Source: Omnitrophica bacterium RIFCSPLOWO2_12_FULL_50_11 (GTDB lineage Bacteria; Omnitrophota; Omnitrophia; Omnitrophales; Danuiimicrobiaceae). From it: a DNA stretch of 64,000 nucleotides. The notes beneath the pieces are model-generated. The model was not told the origin of the DNA, made no database searches, and saw only the letters and a program-made list of their open reading frames with translations. The stretch lies in NCBI GenBank assembly GCA_001804315.1, contig MHFT01000024.1:13610-77609 (forward strand), read 5' to 3'. The position numbers and the translations under genes are program-made. This document shows, piece by piece, positions 35,701 through 38,260 of the stretch (the first letter of the stretch is position 1; every line of letters starts with the position of its first letter).

Positions 35701-37675
35701 TCGAGATGAAATGGGCATAGAGGCGACCAATTATGACGAGCTTGTCCGTGCGATGACGGAACGTTTCAGCTATGTTGTTCACGTGAATGCAGCTAGCATT
35801 GCGCGTACGCTTCCTCCACGCACGAGTTGGAACGACTTTGAGGATTTGGAGATCGCGGGCGTTTTGGGTCTGATCGATGCACTTGGCAAATACGATCCTG
35901 CTCGAGGCGTTCAGTTCGACTCGTATGCAAAGCATAGAGTAAGGGGAGCTATCTTGGATGAATTGAGAAAAATAGATCCTGAAAAGAGAGAAGTGAGGGA
36001 GCTTGCAAACGCTCTTCAAGAGGAGGGACGAACTCGTTCCACATCAGAAGAAGTGGTGGGGTCCTATGATGTCACACGCGCTGCCGTGTTAAGGGCTCTG
36101 CAAGTTGCTCGCGGCGGAGACATATCACTAGATAAAAAATTGTTTGAGACGGATACTGGAAAGAGCGTCACGATAAAGGATAGGCTTCTAAGCAACAGTC
36201 CGACTGGAGATTTTGTAGCAGAGCAGCGCGACTTAATCGAATATGTGATGCGGCCGTTGAGCCCCCGGGAGAAAGCGATATTGATTTTATATTACCACGG
36301 GAATTTGCCGATGAAGCAGGTCGGAGAAATTTTGGGTGTTAGCGAATCACGAATCTCTCAGATATTGAAAGATCTTCCTAAGCGGATAAAAGAACGAATG
36401 CATGAGTTTTTTGAGAGAGGAACTCTTATGCGGCTAGACACATTCGCGGCAAGAAGTCGATATGCGAGGCTAGCTACCGGCCTTCGTCGCAGGGACGTTA
36501 CGCAACAGCTCTACAGGAACGTCGAGAAAGGCTTGATGAGGCCGAGAGAGGAAACGTTCGTAAAATTAGCAGATGCTTATGGCGTTAGCATACAGTGGCT
36601 GAAGACCGGCCACAACATTCCTCCCTTTTTGAGTCCGGAGCATTTGGAAGTTGGTGCCAAAGCAATTGTGGCGATTGAAGAAGAAAGAATAAGAATGGCG
36701 CTTCCGATCGGCATCTTGGCGCACGAGGCAAAGGTATCTCGTCGCGCCTACCTATTTTACGTAGCGGGTAAAGTGATTCCGACCTCTGACGTCCTAAGCC
36801 GCCTTAGGAGTGCTCTTGAGACAGCAAAACCTGGCGGCAAGTATCCGACTCGAGAATCTGTCTTGGAGGGACTAGCAGCACGTGAGGCAAAGAAGTGGCC
36901 AAGTCATGTTAGGGCGCTCCAGATTGGTGAACATAAAGATGCGGCACTTCTGTATGCGGCCAGAAAATTTGGAATTGAACTACCTCGGCCGCCGAGAACT
37001 GGCGAACATCCGAAGGCAGAAAAAAGCCGCTCCAAAGACTCCAAGAAACCTCGTTCTGAAACGAGGGTCATTCCCACTTTCTCCAGCTTGCCGGAAGCTG
37101 AGCCACAATCGGCAGTCGAAACCGAAAATCGTTTGATCGTGACGCTTGGGGAACTTCGAATAAGCGGCGAGCTGCGGGCGAAATTGAAAGAAGCAATTCA
37201 GGTGAATCAAGCCAACCCAACGTTTATCCTGGTGATTGTCGATACGGAATTTAGACACGAGCTTCTAGCTGAGCGAGAGCTTTTTGGGCTTTTTGGGAGG
37301 GATTTCTTTATTCGTTATCCCGTGGAGCTTCACGGACGGGAGAGTCTTAAAATTTCGACCGAAATGTCGCCGTGGGTGGTACTCAATCGCGCGATTGGTG
37401 CGGCGCGTAAAGAAGTCGGTCTTAATGGTTCTTTCTTTTCACCCCAAGTGATTGCGTCGGGGAGCCACGATGTTCTCTCTCGTCTCGGCCGGCGTGATAC
37501 GCCACTCCTTGTAGCCGAACCGCTCCTATTCGATTTGGCGCGCCGCCTATTCGACCTTAAAGATGCTCAGGCGTGGTTCCGCCAGGCAGCTGGCCCCGAG
37601 GGAATTCTCCATCCGTGGGCGGAACACCTGCGTACGTTAATGCTGACTCGACAAGCGCAGGTCGCCGCTGCATAA
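14798..37675 (+). CDS. Giant mosaic ORF (7625 aa, 22.9 kb, stop-free). Order of parts: signal peptide, ChaN/TIKI-like domain, TM segments, GT35 alpha-glucan phosphorylase, 5x HTH_XRE, sigma-70 module, ARM/HEAT-like helical regions, FliA-like sigma module, HTH_XRE
   Basis: A single frame is open for 22,878 nt with many recognisable domains in that frame (listed as separate features); GTG start with GGAGG and a consensus promoter. It also contains in-frame palindromic repeats and nested antisense genes (see findings). Whether it is translated as one polypeptide is unknown. Confidence 0.75.
   Translation: [7625 protein letters not shown]
14990..16140 (+). other. N-terminal ChaN/TIKI/TraB-like domain of the giant ORF (paralogous to the 752..3859 protein)
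   Basis: [38 protein letters not shown] ... [31 protein letters not shown], preceded by a signal-like [15 protein letters not shown]. Confidence 0.4.
16211..16324. repeat. Palindromic family-A repeat (GTCATCCTGAGG ... GAAGGATC ... CCTCAGGATGAC) inserted in-frame in the giant ORF
   Basis: Same family as intergenic copies at 7975-8110, 43025-43100, 47908-48017, 50560-50935, 62118-62215 and 62922-63012. Confidence 0.7.
17017..17301 (-). CDS. Small coiled-coil protein gene nested antisense in the giant ORF (copy 1 of a duplicated module)
   Basis: On the minus strand, TTGACA-17-TACAGT then AAGGAGATTTGAA-ATG; MSKGNPTKPKKRADSYTVTEVGTLIEDL... followed by heptad repeats (LSAVEERLSAVEDRLFFVENRLSGVES). 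Confidence 0.5.
   Translation of the reverse strand: MSKGNPTKPKKRADSYTVTEVGTLIEDLRGQFRAVVEGVGPLPNRFSAVEERLSAVEDRLFFVENRLSGVESAVRVALPGLSKRVACLESKIGI
17500..18280 (+). other. Polytopic transmembrane region of the giant ORF (about 8 predicted helices); an additional helix pair lies at 16500-16690
   Basis: Hydrophobic runs [111 protein letters not shown]. Confidence 0.5.
19327..19689 (-). CDS. Paralogous small coiled-coil protein gene nested antisense in the giant ORF (copy 2)
   Basis: Same conserved promoter/RBS/N-terminus (MSKGNPTKPKKMADSYSVTEVGTLLEAL...) on a duplicated approximately 168-nt segment (19625..19792 versus 17225..17392); diverged coiled-coil body of 120 aa. Confidence 0.5.
   Translation of the reverse strand: MSKGNPTKPKKMADSYSVTEVGTLLEALDKKFDTLAEGQSGLDTRMERLEVTVHGNSRRLDTIELRINVLNGKASRLEDAVSKLSKDLRDTRTELGETRSELKEEIRGIGNRLTAAESGA
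19815..19970. repeat. Family-D repeat (TTTCCGCCAAA..GGCGGATCCGCC..TATGGCGGAA with flanking G/C-rich palindromes) in-frame in the giant ORF
   Basis: A homologous intergenic copy lies at 39150-39370. Confidence 0.6.
20190..22560 (+). other. glgP: Complete alpha-glucan (glycogen/maltodextrin) phosphorylase module, GT35, embedded in the giant ORF
   Basis: [51 protein letters not shown] (GT35 N-terminal hallmark); [37 protein letters not shown]; PLP-lysine motif [14 protein letters not shown] with the Lys retained. An internal AAGGGGG-ATG sits at about 20195 at the module start. Confidence 0.8.
27775..28890 (+). other. Tandem array of five HTH_XRE (Cro/C1-type) DNA-binding domains inside the giant ORF
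   Basis: Five roughly 80-aa repeats of the pattern (L/M)[20 protein letters not shown]...LGLKxKxxRYxxGWTxxxLAxExGxxxxTxxxWExG...KLAExLxTTVSxLLxG. Confidence 0.65.
29112..29252. repeat. Family-C composite palindromic element (CTGAGGTGCGG direct repeats flanking a tgcggaatgcggaattcgg / ccgcattccgc hairpin) in-frame in the giant ORF
   Basis: Near-identical copies at 20000-20140, 27296-27440, 32336-32425 (half) and 32975-33070, each translated as ...[44 protein letters not shown].... Confidence 0.7.
29330..30110 (+). other. Complete sigma-70 family sigma factor module (regions 1.2, 2, 3 and 4) embedded in the giant ORF
   Basis: [17 protein letters not shown]..., region 2 [33 protein letters not shown] (compare [33 protein letters not shown]), region 3 [21 protein letters not shown], region 4 [30 protein letters not shown]. 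Confidence 0.75.
31613..31843 (-). CDS. hicA: HicA-family mRNA interferase toxin nested antisense inside the giant ORF
   Basis: YQNLCRVFELAGFRRVRQTGDHLVYIKPGVSRPIVIPQYRAVPVFIILNNLRTAGISREQYFSLL is a YcfA/HicA dsRBD-like toxin with the catalytic His in the G(D/S)H motif; 76 aa. Confidence 0.7.
   Translation of the reverse strand: MSRITPIPYQNLCRVFELAGFRRVRQTGDHLVYIKPGVSRPIVIPQYRAVPVFIILNNLRTAGISREQYFSLLGQI
31859..32143 (-). CDS. hicB: HicB-family antitoxin (UPF0150 fold) nested antisense inside the giant ORF
   Basis: FTSLIFREGPTFVSVCPELSVASCGDTVDDARRRLMEAVRLFLEE matches the HicB N-terminal domain signature (partial RNase-H-like fold, GxTxEEA motif region). Lies 15 nt upstream of hicA on the same strand. 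Confidence 0.65.
   Translation of the reverse strand: MNAMRKIEFTSLIFREGPTFVSVCPELSVASCGDTVDDARRRLMEAVRLFLEESSRMGTLKDILQEEGFIARDPAGTEWTSPPLIATEHSEVTF
32747..32892. repeat. Palindromic family-B repeat (GTCAT(T/C)GCGAGG ... GAAGCAATCTCG/CGAGATTGCTTC ... CCTCGCAATGAC) in-frame in the giant ORF
   Basis: Same family at 6545-6640, 61378-61570 and 62625-62772. Translated copies give ...ARQQSKRCRSNLEVVRLLRR... / ...[13 protein letters not shown]... peptides. Confidence 0.7.
34840..35210 (+). other. HEAT/PBS-lyase-type repeats in the giant ORF
   Basis: Repeated approximately 30-aa units [23 protein letters not shown] / [75 protein letters not shown]. Confidence 0.55.
35700..36410 (+). other. Complete FliA/sigma-28-like sigma factor module embedded in the giant ORF, followed at about 36440-36620 by another HTH_XRE domain
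   Basis: [45 protein letters not shown] (compare FliA LLQAGGIGLLNAVERYDALQGTAFTTYAVQRIRGAMLDELRSRD) and region 4 [48 protein letters not shown]; then [44 protein letters not shown]. Confidence 0.75.
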
Positions 37676-37688
37676 TCATAGGCACAGT

Positions 37689-37976
37689 TTGGAGATTCTC
37701 ATCAACGAACTCACTGTGAGTGAGGCAAGGCAAAGGTTCTTTGAACTTGTGAAGAAAGCGGTCAGAGATCATTTGCCGATTCAAATTACTTCAAAATCTG
37801 GCGAAGCGGTTCTCATATCAAAAGAGGATTACGATAGTTTGCTCGAGACGCTCGAACTGTTTTCGACGCGGGGTATGTTGAGGAGTATTAGTCCGGTTTT
37901 CTCATCAATTTGGCGGATTGATGAGAAAACCGCTTTGGACGCACGAAGTTGCGTCCAAAGTTTTGCGCCCCTGTAA
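37689..37976 (+). CDS. Phd/YefM-family antitoxin (orphan; no toxin gene recognisable downstream)
   Basis: TTG start; LTVSEARQRFFELVKKAVRDHLPIQITSKSGEAVLISKEDYDSLLETLEL is a canonical YefM/Phd N-terminal domain. The C-terminal tail of the ORF runs into a palindromic repeat, so the true stop may be functionally earlier. Confidence 0.6.
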   Translation: MEILINELTVSEARQRFFELVKKAVRDHLPIQITSKSGEAVLISKEDYDSLLETLELFSTRGMLRSISPVFSSIWRIDEKTALDARSCVQSFAPL

Positions 37977-38260
37977 AAACGGGGCGCAAAAGACAACCCC
38001 TGTGGTACAAATGGACAAGCCCATTTGCACCACAGCCTCTTCGAGGGCATTTCTCATTGGCGATGAGAAATGCGGGTTAGAGAAGCACGTGAAGATATTA
38101 AGTCCGGGATGACGAAGTCTCTCAAAGAAGTTTTCGGGCGATGAAGCGCCAATCTTACACCATCCTTGTCTTAGATTCCTGGTAGTTCATGGCAATGAGG
38201 AACCGAGGGCGAATTTTCGGTACGTACCGAAAATCGAGTTGTCGGACGTAAGGACTAATT

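Noticed and set aside
14798-37675. Giant ORF as NRPS/PKS, RHS/YD toxin or Ig/cadherin-repeat adhesin
   Set aside because: There are no condensation, adenylation, KS, AT or thiolation motifs, no YD/RHS repeats and no tandem Ig-like repeats. The content is a heterogeneous mix of unrelated modules.
14798-37675. Giant ORF as an artefact of an alternative genetic code or of a chance open antisense frame
   Set aside because: Neighbouring genes terminate normally with TAA/TAG/TGA, so the standard code applies. Multiple bona fide domains lie in the giant frame, so it is not a shadow frame overall. It is a shadow locally over hicAB and the two small antisense genes.
37918-38112. 64-aa ORF as the toxin partner of the downstream Phd/YefM antitoxin
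   Set aside because: The sequence is derived from palindromic repeat DNA (catttctcattggcgatgagaaatgc). It has no resemblance to Doc/YoeB/ParE/RelE folds and no ribosome-binding site.
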